Shown: piece after piece, positions 21,591-31,844 of the stretch
Position numbering within the stretch: position 1 is the stretch's first letter
Layout: each line of letters starts with the position of its first letter
Source of the DNA: Candidatus Sericytochromatia bacterium
GTDB lineage: Bacteria; Cyanobacteriota; Sericytochromatia; S15B-MN24; UBA4093
NCBI GenBank assembly: GCA_036676985.1
Contig: JAKFBU010000001.1
Coordinates: forward strand, 64,001-128,000
Direction of reading: 5' to 3'
Length of the DNA stretch: 64,000 nt
The notes under the pieces: generated by a model
The model's database searches: none
What the model was told of the DNA's origin: nothing
Seen by the model: the letters and a program-made list of their open reading frames with translations, nothing else
Position numbers and translations under genes: made by a program

Positions 21591-22088
21591 TTACTGGCGC
21601 AGGGCCTTGACCTGCTCGGGCGTGACCGCGCCGCCCGTGTTGCCCCAGCTCCCACGCTCGTACGTGATGACCGCGGCGATATCCTCGTCCGAGAGCTGCG
21701 AGAACGGCGGCATGGCGCCGTTGTACTCCTGACCCTTGACCTTGATGGGGCCCGACAGGCCGTTCAGCACGATCTTGATGTGATCCTCGGCGGGACCATT
21801 GGCCTGCTCGGCGCCCGCGATGGGCGGGAAGGTCCCGGCCATGCCCTCGCCGTTGGCCTGGTGGCACGAAGCGCAGTTCGCGGTGTAGACCTGCTCGCCC
21901 TTGGCCATGAGATCGCCGGCCGGCGCAGCCGCCTGGGTCGCGGGGGTCGCCTCGCCCGCAGGGGCCTCGGCGGTGGTCGAGGGGGTCGCTTCGCCGGTCG
22001 TGGCAGCCTCTTCCTTGGGCTGGCAACCGGTCAGCGCCAGGGCAAGCGACAGGCTCAGGCCCACGACGAGGTGCTTGGTACGAATCAC
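21591..22088 (-). CDS. Monoheme cytochrome c lipoprotein
   Basis: Lipobox LTGC; CASCH heme motif; YNGAMPPF axial Met. Confidence 0.93.
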   Translation of the reverse strand: MIRTKHLVVGLSLSLALALTGCQPKEEAATTGEATPSTTAEAPAGEATPATQAAAPAGDLMAKGEQVYTANCASCHQANGEGMAGTFPPIAGAEQANGPAEDHIKIVLNGLSGPIKVKGQEYNGAMPPFSQLSDEDIAAVITYERGSWGNTGGAVTPEQVKALRQ

Positions 22089-22147
22089 TCGGGTTCCTCC
22101 TTTGCGATGGTGCGGCCGACAGGCCGCGGGTACGTTGATTGGACGCT

Positions 22148-24928
22148 CTAGCCCGTGTTGCGAAGACCTGCGGCAATGCCCGTGATGGTCAAGGCCAGGG
22201 CCTGGTCCAGCAATTCGTCGGGGCCTTCCCCGGCGCGCTTGCGGCGCAAAAGCTCGACTTGAAGGTGATTCAAGGGATCGACGTAGGGGTTGCGCAGCCG
22301 AATCGAGCGCGCCAGCACCGGCATGTGATCCAGGAGCTCATGCTGTTCCGAGATTGAGAGTACCATATGGCGCGTCCGCTCGTACTCGGTCTCCAGGGTC
22401 TTGAAGATCCGCGGACCGGCTCCGCCACTCAATCCGGCGTACAATCGCGCGATGCCCAAGTCGGCTTTGGACAGGCTCACCTCCAGGTTGTCCACCAGGG
22501 CCTCGAAGAAGGACCACTCCCGGTACCAGCGGCGCAGGATCTCGAGCCCGCCCGCGTGGCGATCGCAGAAGCCCTCGAGCGCCGTTCCCACCGCATACCA
22601 GCCCGGCAGGAGGCAGCGGTTCTGGATCCATGAAAAGACCCAGGGGATGGCCCGCAGGGACTCGACGCCGAACTCCTTGCTGCGGCGCGGAGGCCGCGAG
22701 CCGATCTTGAGCTGCTCGATCTCGGCGATGGGCGTGACCTCGCGGAAGAAGCGCACGAAGCCCGGATCGTCGAAGACCAGGGCCCGGTAGGCCTCGTAGG
22801 CCATCTGCGAGAGGTCCGAGAACATGGCGTCGCGCTCGGGGTCCGCCACTTCCAGCTCGGGATAGTACACGGTGGCCTCCAGGGTCGCCGTCACCATCTG
22901 CTCGAGGTTCCGGTCCGCGAGCACGGGCTGGGAGTACTTCCAGCCGAGCACCTCGCCCTGCTCGGTGATCTTGAGGTCGCCCTGCACGGTACCGGGGGGC
23001 TGGGCCAGGATGGCGCGGTGGGTCGGCCCGCCGCCGCGGCTGATGGACCCGCCCCGGCCATGGAAGAGGCGCAGCCGGATGCCGTGCTCCCGGGCGATGC
23101 GCGCGAGCGCCCGCTGGGCCTGGTAGAGCTCCCAGTTGGAGGTGAGGAACCCGCCGTCCTTGTTGCTGTCCGAGTAGCCGATCATGATCTCCTGCACGTC
23201 TCCCCGTGCCCGCAGGGCCGCCCGGTAGGTCGGGTTCAGCAGCAGCGTGTGGAAGACCTCGGGCGCGGCGCGCAGGTCCGGGATGGTCTCGAACAGGGGC
23301 ACCAGGTCGATGGCGCACTCGGCGGTGCCGTCGGGACGGCGCCGGAAGATGCCCGCGTCCTGCAAGAGGGCGAGGACCTCCAGGAGGTCGCTCGGGGCCT
23401 CGGTCATGCTGACGATGAAGGCGTCGAAGGCCTCGGGGCCAAACTCGCGCACGGCATGCGCGAGGGTCATCGCCGTCTGGCGGGCCTCCGCGACCTCGGG
23501 AGGCAGGGGGTAGTCCTGCCACAGCAAGGGCCGCGAGGTGGCGAAGTAGCGCCCGAGGGCCTCCTGGCGCCCGGCCTCGTTGCGCTGGGCATAGTCGTCG
23601 CAGAGGCCCGCCTCGCGCAGCATCACGTCGAGGGCCGCCCCGTGCACCTTCGAGTTCTGGCGCACGTCCAGGGACGCGAGGGCGAAGCCGAAGGCGTCCA
23701 CCTGCCGTCGCAGCTTCGCGAGTTCCTGATCGGCCACGAGCCCCAGGCCATGCTCGCGCAGGCAGCGATCGACCAGCGAGAGGTCGGATGCGAGCGCCCG
23801 CGCATCCGGATACCGTCGCACGTCATCCCCCGCGAGCGTGGCCATCAGGCGATCGCGCATGAGCGTGAACAGCTGACGGTAGGGCTCATGCGCGTTGCGG
23901 GTCCGCACCTCCAGGAGCCGCTCGGGAAAGAGGGTCCCCAGCGCCTCGATGGCCTCGTGGAGAGGCGAACAGATGCCCACCTGCCGGTCGGAGATGGAGT
24001 AGCGGGTCCACAGGCCGTCCAGGGCACGGGCGTAGGTGTGGACGATCTCCGAGCGCAGGCGCTCGAGCGTTTGCCAGGTGACGTCATGGGTGACAAAGGG
24101 GTTGCCGTCGCGATCGCCCCCGATCCAGGTGCCCATGCGGACGAGCGTCGGGAGGGGGAAGGTCTCGCCGGGATAGACCTCGGCGAGGGCGCGCCGGAGG
24201 GCGCGGTGGAGCTCCGGGACGGCGTCGATGAGCGTCGCCCGGAAGTAGACGAGCGCGCTCGTCAGCTCGTCGGCGACCGTGGGGCGGCGCTCGCGGATCT
24301 CGTCGGTCTGCCAGAGCGTGGTGAGCTCGCTGAGCACGGCCGCGTCGATCTGCTCGAGCTCCGCGGGCGTCTGGCGGCACGCGTCCCGGTCGTAGAGGAG
24401 GTGGCCGAGCCGCATCCACTTGCTGAGCACCGTCTTGCGGTAGGGCTCGGTGGGGTGTGCGGTGACGACCAGACCGAGCCGGACCTGCTCGAGGGCGCGG
24501 CGGAGGTCCTCGGGGCTCACCTTCGCCGCGCGTAGGCCGTGCAGGGTGGCCAGGAACGAGCCGGGCTGGGGCGGGGCCGTGGGATCCTGCATGAGCTCCA
24601 GGCGGCGGCGCACCCGGTGGTGCTGCTCGGCGGCGTTCACCAGGCCGAAGTAGATGCCGAAGGCCCGGGTGATGCCGAGGGCCTCGGACAGGTCGAGCTT
24701 GCGGACCACCGACACGATGGCCGCCTCGTTCTCGGGAGTGGGCTCGGCCCGGTAGCGCTTGGAGAGGTGGCGCAGCTCCTCTTCGCGCTCGTAGAGCGCG
24801 ACACCCGCCTGCTCTCGAATCGTGCGTCCGAGGAGCTCGCCCAGCCAGCGGACGTCGTCGCGCAGCGGCTGGTCCTTCTCCCGGGCGTCCTGGGACAGGT
24901 CGTGGGTCGGAACGGGCTGTCTCGCCAT
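22148..24928 (-). CDS. ppc: Phosphoenolpyruvate carboxylase
   Basis: [61 protein letters not shown]-terminus. Confidence 0.98.
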   Translation of the reverse strand: MARQPVPTHDLSQDAREKDQPLRDDVRWLGELLGRTIREQAGVALYEREEELRHLSKRYRAEPTPENEAAIVSVVRKLDLSEALGITRAFGIYFGLVNAAEQHHRVRRRLELMQDPTAPPQPGSFLATLHGLRAAKVSPEDLRRALEQVRLGLVVTAHPTEPYRKTVLSKWMRLGHLLYDRDACRQTPAELEQIDAAVLSELTTLWQTDEIRERRPTVADELTSALVYFRATLIDAVPELHRALRRALAEVYPGETFPLPTLVRMGTWIGGDRDGNPFVTHDVTWQTLERLRSEIVHTYARALDGLWTRYSISDRQVGICSPLHEAIEALGTLFPERLLEVRTRNAHEPYRQLFTLMRDRLMATLAGDDVRRYPDARALASDLSLVDRCLREHGLGLVADQELAKLRRQVDAFGFALASLDVRQNSKVHGAALDVMLREAGLCDDYAQRNEAGRQEALGRYFATSRPLLWQDYPLPPEVAEARQTAMTLAHAVREFGPEAFDAFIVSMTEAPSDLLEVLALLQDAGIFRRRPDGTAECAIDLVPLFETIPDLRAAPEVFHTLLLNPTYRAALRARGDVQEIMIGYSDSNKDGGFLTSNWELYQAQRALARIAREHGIRLRLFHGRGGSISRGGGPTHRAILAQPPGTVQGDLKITEQGEVLGWKYSQPVLADRNLEQMVTATLEATVYYPELEVADPERDAMFSDLSQMAYEAYRALVFDDPGFVRFFREVTPIAEIEQLKIGSRPPRRSKEFGVESLRAIPWVFSWIQNRCLLPGWYAVGTALEGFCDRHAGGLEILRRWYREWSFFEALVDNLEVSLSKADLGIARLYAGLSGGAGPRIFKTLETEYERTRHMVLSISEQHELLDHMPVLARSIRLRNPYVDPLNHLQVELLRRKRAGEGPDELLDQALALTITGIAAGLRNTG

Positions 24929-25005
24929 CTTCCCCTCGTCGATGCGTCATCCCCCTCGCGGAATGTAACGCATTGTATCAGAGTTCGACCGAGGGGTCGC
25001 TCGAC

Positions 25006-26367
25006 CTAGAAACGCTTGCCCAGATAGCGCTCGAGGAGGGCCGGGGAGAGGGCGTTGGCCGTGGCGATCGCCTGGTAGGTATCGGCCGCCTCCGTCCGAA
25101 GGCGAGTCAGGGCCTTGTCGCGGCGGTCGATGGCAAAGAGTCCGAACTTCGGCTCGTAGGAGCCCCACTCGTAGTTGTCCGTCAGGCTCCAGTGCATGTA
25201 GCCGAACACCGGGATGCCCTCGGCCATGGCGCGCCGCAGCTGGGCGAGGTGGTTGACGATGAAGGCCGAGCGGGTCCACTGGTCCTTGCGGGGGCGATCG
25301 CCGTCGGTGGCCATCCCGTTCTCCGCGATGAAGAGGGGCAGCTTGTAACGGCCGTACAGCTCCTTGCAGATCCAGTACATGCCCTCGGGATAGACCGACC
25401 AGTTGGCGTGGTTGGGGATCTTGGGCAGGTCGCCGGGCGAGACGGGGTAGTAGTAGTCGAAGGCCACGTAGTCGAGGGCCGGCTTGGCCCCCTCTTGATC
25501 GAAGCCCATGGCCGCGTCCAAGAGGGCGGTGTCGTCGGGGCTGAAGCCCTCCTCACGGACCTCGGTGCCGCCGCGCATGCGGAAGACGAAGGGGTTCAAG
25601 GAGACCTTGCAGTCGGGGCGCACGGCGTGCAGCTCGGTGTAGGCGAGGCGGTGGGCCTGCGCCATGCGGTCGAGAACCGTCTTGTAGGCCATGGGGTTGC
25701 GCTTGCCGGGCGGGAAGATGCCGAGCAGGTACGCGTTGATGGCGAGGGTGTTGGGCTCGTTGAGGGTGATCCAGTACTGGACCTTGTTGCCGTACTCCCG
25801 GGCGGCCAGGGCCGCGAAGCGCCGGAACTCGGTGAGGGTCTCGGGGCTCTCCCAGCCGCCGGGACCACCGCCCAGCGGCTCGTCCAGCCATGCGGGGTAG
25901 GAGAAGTGGCTGAGGGTCACGATGGGCGTGAGGCCGCGCGCCAGGGCGTTGTCGATGACGGCGTGGTAGTGGGCGACGGCGTCCCGGTCGATCTGGCCGC
26001 GCACGGGCTCGATGCGGGACCACTCCAGGCTCATGCGAAAGGCATTGAGGCCGAGGCTCCTGGTGAGGTCCAGGTCCTCGCCGAAGCGGCGGTAGTGGTC
26101 GGTGGCCACACCGCTCTTCTCCTTGGCCCGACCCTGGGCCTCCCAGACGGCCCAGTTGGAGGTGGTGTCGTTGCCCTCGTACTGGTAGCCCGCGGTCGCA
26201 ACTCCCCACATGAAGCCCTTGGGGAAGGGCTGCTCGGCGCCGGCGGCGCCCTTGGAGCGGGCGAAGACGGCCGCGTCCTGGGTCGTCCGCAGGCCAGGTG
26301 TCTGCCCACACGCGACGAGCAGGAAAGTGAGGACGAGCGTAAGCGACGCGGCGAGCCGTAGGCGCAT
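25006..26367 (-). CDS. Glycoside hydrolase family 1 lipoprotein
   Basis: FPKGFMWGVATAGYQYEG, TLNEP (acid/base), IAENG (nucleophile), WSLTDNYEW; lipobox LVAC. Confidence 0.93.
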   Translation of the reverse strand: MRLRLAASLTLVLTFLLVACGQTPGLRTTQDAAVFARSKGAAGAEQPFPKGFMWGVATAGYQYEGNDTTSNWAVWEAQGRAKEKSGVATDHYRRFGEDLDLTRSLGLNAFRMSLEWSRIEPVRGQIDRDAVAHYHAVIDNALARGLTPIVTLSHFSYPAWLDEPLGGGPGGWESPETLTEFRRFAALAAREYGNKVQYWITLNEPNTLAINAYLLGIFPPGKRNPMAYKTVLDRMAQAHRLAYTELHAVRPDCKVSLNPFVFRMRGGTEVREEGFSPDDTALLDAAMGFDQEGAKPALDYVAFDYYYPVSPGDLPKIPNHANWSVYPEGMYWICKELYGRYKLPLFIAENGMATDGDRPRKDQWTRSAFIVNHLAQLRRAMAEGIPVFGYMHWSLTDNYEWGSYEPKFGLFAIDRRDKALTRLRTEAADTYQAIATANALSPALLERYLGKRF

Positions 26368-26492
26368 CGGGACCTCCAAGACGTTCAAGGCGCGTTAACT
26401 GACGCCTAAGAGTTGGTATCGTCCCGGCGTCCCCGGATCTTGCGTGGGGCAGGAGTGTCGCCTAGCGAGCGGATCTCCGGTATGATGGGACC

Positions 26493-26816
26493 ATGAAACG
26501 CTCGTTGTCTTCCCGCCTCATTGACGTCATGGTCCTGGAGCCCCTGCTGTTCATGGGCCTCCTGGCGATCGCCTCCCGGCTGCCGGGTATCTCCCCGGTG
26601 GACCTCGCCGTCGGCCTCCTGATAGGCTCCGCGGCGACGGTCATCAACGTGCTCGGGCTGTGGCTCTTCGTCTACATCCGGCTGCCGGCCATGGAGATCG
26701 GCGGGATGGCCAAGGTCCTCTGGGGCCTGGTGCTCTTCGTCGGGGCCCCGGTGAGCATTCCCTGGTTCTACTGGCGCTTCTTGCGCCGGGAGTTCCTGCC
26801 CGGGGCGCAGGCCTAG
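26493..26816 (+). CDS. Small membrane protein
   Basis: Three hydrophobic segments; fills the gap between two minus-strand genes. Confidence 0.6.
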   Translation: MKRSLSSRLIDVMVLEPLLFMGLLAIASRLPGISPVDLAVGLLIGSAATVINVLGLWLFVYIRLPAMEIGGMAKVLWGLVLFVGAPVSIPWFYWRFLRREFLPGAQA

Positions 26817-27391
26817 TGGAGCTTTTCCTGCCGTAGCAGCATGTCGACGGCCCAGGCCACCTTCTTGGCCCGCGTCTCTGGCCGCCGGGCCGTGTGGATG
26901 CGGTGGTAGAAGGCGTACTGGTTGGTCTTGTTGAGGCTCTCGTAGAAGGCCTTGGCCTCGGGATTCGCCTCGAGGGCCGCCACGAACTCCTCGGGCAGCT
27001 CCATGGTCCGGGCGCCGTCGTAGGCGGCCTCCCACTGACCGTTGGCCTTGGCGGCCTCGACGGCGGCGAGGCCCGCGGGCTGCATCCGACCGGCCGCCAC
27101 GAGGCGCGCCACGTGGTCACGGTTGACCTTGGACCAGATGGACCGAGCCTTGCGGGGCGAAAACCGCTGCAGGAAGCTCTCGGCGTCGCCCGCCGCCTTG
27201 GTGCTGTCGATCCAGCCATAGCACAGGGCTTCGTCGAGCGCTTCGGCGTAGGTGACGATGAGCCGACCGCTACCCTTCTTGTAGAGGCGCAACCACAGGC
27301 CCGGCGAGTCCGTATGGTGTCGGTCCAGCCACTCGCGCCAGGCCGCCTGGGTCTCGAAGGCCAAAACCGGAAGGCCCTTGAACTCCTCCAC
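26813..27391 (-). CDS. YdeI/OmpD-associated family protein
   Basis: EALDEALCYGWIDS, FSPRKARSIWSKVN, ARRPETRAKK. Confidence 0.92.
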   Translation of the reverse strand: MEEFKGLPVLAFETQAAWREWLDRHHTDSPGLWLRLYKKGSGRLIVTYAEALDEALCYGWIDSTKAAGDAESFLQRFSPRKARSIWSKVNRDHVARLVAAGRMQPAGLAAVEAAKANGQWEAAYDGARTMELPEEFVAALEANPEAKAFYESLNKTNQYAFYHRIHTARRPETRAKKVAWAVDMLLRQEKLH

Positions 27392-27392
27392 C

Positions 27393-28808
27393 CTACACCT
27401 CCGCCGGCGTGGCCACCGGGCCGAGCGTCGCCTTGACGATGGCGTCGTAGAGGCGGTTCACGCCCATGACCTCGAGCCCCTTGGGCAGGCGCAGGGTCTT
27501 GTCGTCCAGGCTATGCGACGGCACGATGGCCTTGGTGAAGCCGAGCTTCGCCGCCTCCTTGAGGCGCGCCTCCAGCCCGTTGATGCCCCGCACCTCGCCG
27601 TTGAGGCCCACCTCGCCGAGGGCGATCGCCTCGGGCGCCAGGGCCACGTCCCGCATGCTGGACGCCACGGCCAAGGCCACGCCGAGATCGCCCGCAGGCT
27701 CCTCGATGGAGAGGCCGCCCACCACGTTCACGTAGACGTCGAACTTGGAGAGGGGCAGGCCCACCCGCTTCTCGAGCACCGCGAGGATCTGCACCATGCG
27801 GTTGTGCTCGATGCCCGTCGCCGCCCGGCGGGGGCTCGCGAGGGTGCTCGGGCTGACGAGCGCCTGGATCTCGACCAACAGGGGGCGAGTGCCCTCCATG
27901 GTGGAGACGATGGCCGAGCCCGTCGTCTCCTTGGTCCGCTCGGCGAGGAAGACGGCCGACGGGTTCAGGACCTCCATGAGGCCCGCCTCGTGCATCTCGA
28001 AGAGGCCCACCTCGTTGGTGGAGCCGAAGCGGTTCTTGACGGCCCGCACCAGCCGGTAGCTCTTGAAGCGATCGCCCTCGAAGTAGAGGACGGTGTCCAC
28101 CATGTGCTCGAGCACGCGCGGGCCCGCGAGCGTGCCCTCCTTGGTGACGTGGCCGACGATGCAGAGGCTGATGCCCTGGTCCTTGGCGAGGCGCATGAGC
28201 GCGCCCGTGGCGCTGCGCACCTGGGACACGGAGCCAGGCGCCGAGTTGAGGTCGGGATCGTAGATGGCCTGGATGGAGTCGATGACGGCCCAGTCGGGCT
28301 TGACCTCGGCGAGGGTCGCCGCGATCACCTGCAAATCGGTCTCGGCGAGCACGTAGAGGTCGTCGCTGTCAGCCCCCAGGCGACCGGCGCGCATGCGGAT
28401 CTGGCGCGCGGACTCCTCGCCCGAGACGTAGAGGACCTTCTTTTTGCCGGCCGAGAGGCGCTGGGCCACTTGCAGCAGCAGCGTCGACTTGCCGATGCCG
28501 GGGTCTCCGCCCAACAGCACCAGGGAGCCCGGCACGATGCCGCCGCCGAGCACGCGATCCAGCTCACCGAGCCCCGTGCTGAAGCGCTCCTCGTTCTTGA
28601 GGGAGACGTCCCGGAGGCGGGTGGGCGCGGCCGCCCGCGCGATGGGATTGAAGGCCTGGGCGGCCGCCTTGTTGCCGTTGGGGACGGGCGAAGCGACGGC
28701 CTCCTCGACCAGGGAGTTCCAGGCGCTGCATTCGGGGCACTTGCCCATCCAGCGCGGCTGCTCCGATCCGCAATCCTGACAGACGTACTTGGTCTTGAGC
28801 TTGGCCAC
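27393..28808 (-). CDS. radA: DNA repair protein RadA/Sms
   Basis: CQDC..CPEC zinc finger, GGDPGIGKST, KNRFG motif, Lon-like C-terminal domain. Confidence 0.98.
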   Translation of the reverse strand: MAKLKTKYVCQDCGSEQPRWMGKCPECSAWNSLVEEAVASPVPNGNKAAAQAFNPIARAAAPTRLRDVSLKNEERFSTGLGELDRVLGGGIVPGSLVLLGGDPGIGKSTLLLQVAQRLSAGKKKVLYVSGEESARQIRMRAGRLGADSDDLYVLAETDLQVIAATLAEVKPDWAVIDSIQAIYDPDLNSAPGSVSQVRSATGALMRLAKDQGISLCIVGHVTKEGTLAGPRVLEHMVDTVLYFEGDRFKSYRLVRAVKNRFGSTNEVGLFEMHEAGLMEVLNPSAVFLAERTKETTGSAIVSTMEGTRPLLVEIQALVSPSTLASPRRAATGIEHNRMVQILAVLEKRVGLPLSKFDVYVNVVGGLSIEEPAGDLGVALAVASSMRDVALAPEAIALGEVGLNGEVRGINGLEARLKEAAKLGFTKAIVPSHSLDDKTLRLPKGLEVMGVNRLYDAIVKATLGPVATPAEV

Positions 28809-28917
28809 CCGCGGCGCTCCCTTCCTACTCGATTAAATGTTCGAGAGCATTATCCCATGAGGACGGGGGGTTTGTCGTGGGCCGAGGATGGCTCGCCTGG
28901 GGCGGTGGTTGCCTTTC

Positions 28918-29066
28918 ACCCCCCCTTCCCCCCCTGCTTCGCAAGGGGGGCTTTAGGAGACGGCCACCTGGCGGTGGCAAATTCCTCGTGGGCCACTCAC
29001 ACCAAAACTCCTGCGCAGCAGGACTCTTTATGCCCCCCTTGCGAAGCAGGGGGGGAAGGGGGGGGT
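28918..29066. repeat. Inverted pair of ~34-bp palindromic repeats (REP/MITE-like)
   Basis: ACCCCCCCTTCCCCCCCTGCTTCGCAAGGGGGGC at 28918-28951 and its near-exact reverse complement at 29032-29066. Confidence 0.75.
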
Positions 29067-29120
29067 CAACCGAGCTTCGAATGCGACGGCAAGCGGATCC
29101 AAACGGTCGAATCCAGGATC

Positions 29121-30002
29121 CTAGATCTCGCCCCGCCACCCGGCGCCATGCCGCTCGAAGGCGGCATGTACAGCCGCTTCCACCTCGGCGGGCAGCGCCC
29201 CCCGCTCGACCATCGCGACGTTGGCCGCGAGGTTGTCGCGCGACGACGTGCCCATGATGGCGCTCGACACCCCCGGCTGGAAGGCCGCGAAACGCAGGGC
29301 CAGCTCCGCCCAGCCCACCTCTCCGGGCGAGAGGGCCATCTCCTGCATCCGCAGCCAGTAGACCTCCGCGTAGTGGCCCTCGGGGCGCATGGGAAAGCGC
29401 CAGGGCGCGTTGGCCAGCGGCCGCTTGGCGATGACGCCCATCCCGCGGGCCGCGGCGTCCGGGATGATCCCCCGCAGGCTCGCCTGGTCGAACAGGTTCA
29501 CGGAGGTCTCGATGGCCCCGAAACGACCCGAGGAGACCGCGAAAGCCAGGTCCTCGTTCTCGCCCGAGTAGCCCATCACGCGCACCTTGCCGGCTTGGAC
29601 CGCGGCCTCGAGCGCCGGGATCACGTCCGAGTGCTCCAGCACGTGCCGCGGGCACGAGTGGAACAGCATCACGTCGATCCGGTCGGTCCGCAGCACCCGC
29701 AGGGCGCGGTCCACCCCGGCCGTGATGCAGGCGCCCGTCCAGTCGGGGACGCCCGGGATGCCGTAGCCGCACTTGGTGGCGAGCACGAACTCCTCGCGCC
29801 GGTGCGCGAGGTGGCGCCCGATCCGCTCCTCGGCGAGCCAGTAGCTCGGAGCCGCATCGAACAGAGTGATGCCCAGGTCCAGGGCCTCGTTCAAGAGGCG
29901 CCCGGCCTGGGCATCGTCCATGCGTGGGTCCCCGATGTGGCCGGCCCCGAAGCCGAGCGCCGAGACCGAAAGCCCCGTGTTGCCGAAGGGACGGCGGAGC
30001 AC
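29121..30002 (-). CDS. Aldo/keto reductase
   Basis: LRRPFGNTGLSVSALGFG, FDAAPSY, ATKCG, LRVLRTDRIDVMLFH; GTG start overlaps the upstream stop. Confidence 0.93.
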   Translation of the reverse strand: MLRRPFGNTGLSVSALGFGAGHIGDPRMDDAQAGRLLNEALDLGITLFDAAPSYWLAEERIGRHLAHRREEFVLATKCGYGIPGVPDWTGACITAGVDRALRVLRTDRIDVMLFHSCPRHVLEHSDVIPALEAAVQAGKVRVMGYSGENEDLAFAVSSGRFGAIETSVNLFDQASLRGIIPDAAARGMGVIAKRPLANAPWRFPMRPEGHYAEVYWLRMQEMALSPGEVGWAELALRFAAFQPGVSSAIMGTSSRDNLAANVAMVERGALPAEVEAAVHAAFERHGAGWRGEI

Positions 30003-30862
30003 TAGCCCTTCACGCCGCCCGAGGTGAGACCCGAGACGATGTAGCGCTGAAGCAACAGCATGACGACCACCACCGGCAGCGAGATGACGATGGACATGGC
30101 CGCGAACTGGCTCCAGGGCTTGAAGGTGCCGTACTGACCCACCATGCCGTAGAGGGCCATGGCGAGCGTGAAGGTCTTGGGGCTCTCGAGCATGGTCCAA
30201 GCGAGGATGATCTCGGTCCAGCCCGTCATGAAGCCGAAGAGCGCCGTGACCGCCACCGCGGGAGCCGAGAGGGGCAGCACGATCTGCCAGAAGGTCTGCG
30301 AGCGGGTGCAGCCGTCGATGAGGGCCGCCTCCTCCAGGTCCTTGGGGACCGTGTCGAAGTAACCCTTCAGGTTCCAGATGGCGAAGGGCAGGGTGCCCGC
30401 CGCGTACGCCACCATCAAGCCGATAAGAGAGGTGCGGATGTGCAGCGCCGACAAGAGGACGTAGAGGGGGGCCAAGGAGGCGATCGCCGGGAACATCTGC
30501 AGCACGATGAAGGTCATCAGGCCGAAGCGGCGCCCGGGGAACTTGAAGCGCGAGAAGGCGTAGGCCGCCGACGCCCCCAAGAGGATGCCGAAGGCCGTCG
30601 TGCCGAAGGAGACGAGCACGCTGTTGCCCAAGAGCTGCCAGAAGGTGACGCCGTCGATCTCGGTGGGGTTCGAGAGGATCTGCTGGAAGGCCTCGAACGA
30701 GATGCGGCTCGGAAATAGCTTGAGCTCGGTCGGGCGAGCCACGGAGCTCGGATCCAGGGCCATCGACACGACCCATAGCACCGGGAACATGCTGAAGAGA
30801 CAGAAGGCGATGAGCACGAGGTGGGTCAGGCCGAGCCCGACGACGTTTTGCTTGCGTGCCAT
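30002..30862 (-). CDS. Carbohydrate ABC transporter permease (MalG-like)
   Basis: EAA loop DLEEAALIDGC; C-terminal GLTSGGVKG. Confidence 0.93.
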   Translation of the reverse strand: MARKQNVVGLGLTHLVLIAFCLFSMFPVLWVVSMALDPSSVARPTELKLFPSRISFEAFQQILSNPTEIDGVTFWQLLGNSVLVSFGTTAFGILLGASAAYAFSRFKFPGRRFGLMTFIVLQMFPAIASLAPLYVLLSALHIRTSLIGLMVAYAAGTLPFAIWNLKGYFDTVPKDLEEAALIDGCTRSQTFWQIVLPLSAPAVAVTALFGFMTGWTEIILAWTMLESPKTFTLAMALYGMVGQYGTFKPWSQFAAMSIVISLPVVVVMLLLQRYIVSGLTSGGVKG

Positions 30863-30866
30863 GCCT

Positions 30867-31844
30867 TTAGACCTCCTCGGTCGCCTTGGTCAGGCGCAGG
30901 TTCAGGAGCGTGAAGCCCAAGAGGATGAAGAAGATGATCACCGCGAACGCGGAGCCCACACCGTACATGCCGGAGTCGACCAGCTTGTAGGCCTGGGTGA
31001 TGAGGATCTCCGTCTTGCCCAGGGGGTTGCCCTGGGTGACGAAGTAGATGACGTTGAAGTTGTTGAAGGTCCAGATGAAGCCCAGCATGATGGCGGGCAC
31101 CATGGCCGGCCGCAGCATGGGCACCGTGACGGTGAAGAACTGCTGGATGGGGTTTGCCCCGTCGATGTCGGCGGCCTCGTAGAGGTCCGAGGGGATGGCC
31201 TGCAGGGCCCCCGAGGCGACCATCATCATGAAGGGGAAGCCGAGCCAGATGTTGACCATCAAGACGGCGTAGAAGGCATGCGGGAACTGGCCCAGCCAGT
31301 CCACGTTGGTCTGCATGGCGCTCGCCATCGACGCCAGCACTCCGCCGAGGCCGCCGTCGCCGAGGCTCTTGGCCATGGAGCCGAGCCCCTTGGCCCACCC
31401 CTTGATCATGAGGTTGATGGCGCCCGACTCGGTGTCGAACATGTTCTTCCAGACCAGGCTCGTCACGTAGGTGGGCACCGCCCAGGGCAGGATCAAGAGG
31501 GCGCGGTAGAGCTTGACGCCCTTGAGACCCGGGCGGTTGATGAGCATCGCGAGGCCCACGCCGACCGAGACGTGGAAGACCAGGTTCGCGATCGTCCACA
31601 GGAAGTTGAAGCCCAGGACGCTGACGAAGTTGAAGTCCAGGTAGGGCGCGTGGCGCAGGATGTCGATGAAGTTCTGCACGCCCACGAACGACGGGTCCTG
31701 GTGGCGGATGTGGCGCGGGCTGAAGTTGGTGAAGGCCATCCACACCCCGTACAGCAGGGGGTAGAGGGTGATGACCGCCATGACGATCGCCGCCGGGGCG
31801 ACGAAGCGGTAGGCGAGGGTCGATTCCTTGATGTCGCGCTTCAT
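30867..31844 (-). CDS. Carbohydrate ABC transporter permease (MalF-like)
   Basis: LYEAADIDGA, FNNFNVIY. Confidence 0.93.
   Translation of the reverse strand: MKRDIKESTLAYRFVAPAAIVMAVITLYPLLYGVWMAFTNFSPRHIRHQDPSFVGVQNFIDILRHAPYLDFNFVSVLGFNFLWTIANLVFHVSVGVGLAMLINRPGLKGVKLYRALLILPWAVPTYVTSLVWKNMFDTESGAINLMIKGWAKGLGSMAKSLGDGGLGGVLASMASAMQTNVDWLGQFPHAFYAVLMVNIWLGFPFMMMVASGALQAIPSDLYEAADIDGANPIQQFFTVTVPMLRPAMVPAIMLGFIWTFNNFNVIYFVTQGNPLGKTEILITQAYKLVDSGMYGVGSAFAVIIFFILLGFTLLNLRLTKATEEV

Noticed and set aside
30003-30776. 551-aa ORF suggesting a long N-terminal extension on the aldo/keto reductase
   Set aside because: The extension overlaps the MalG-like permease in another frame; AKR homology begins at GTG 30002
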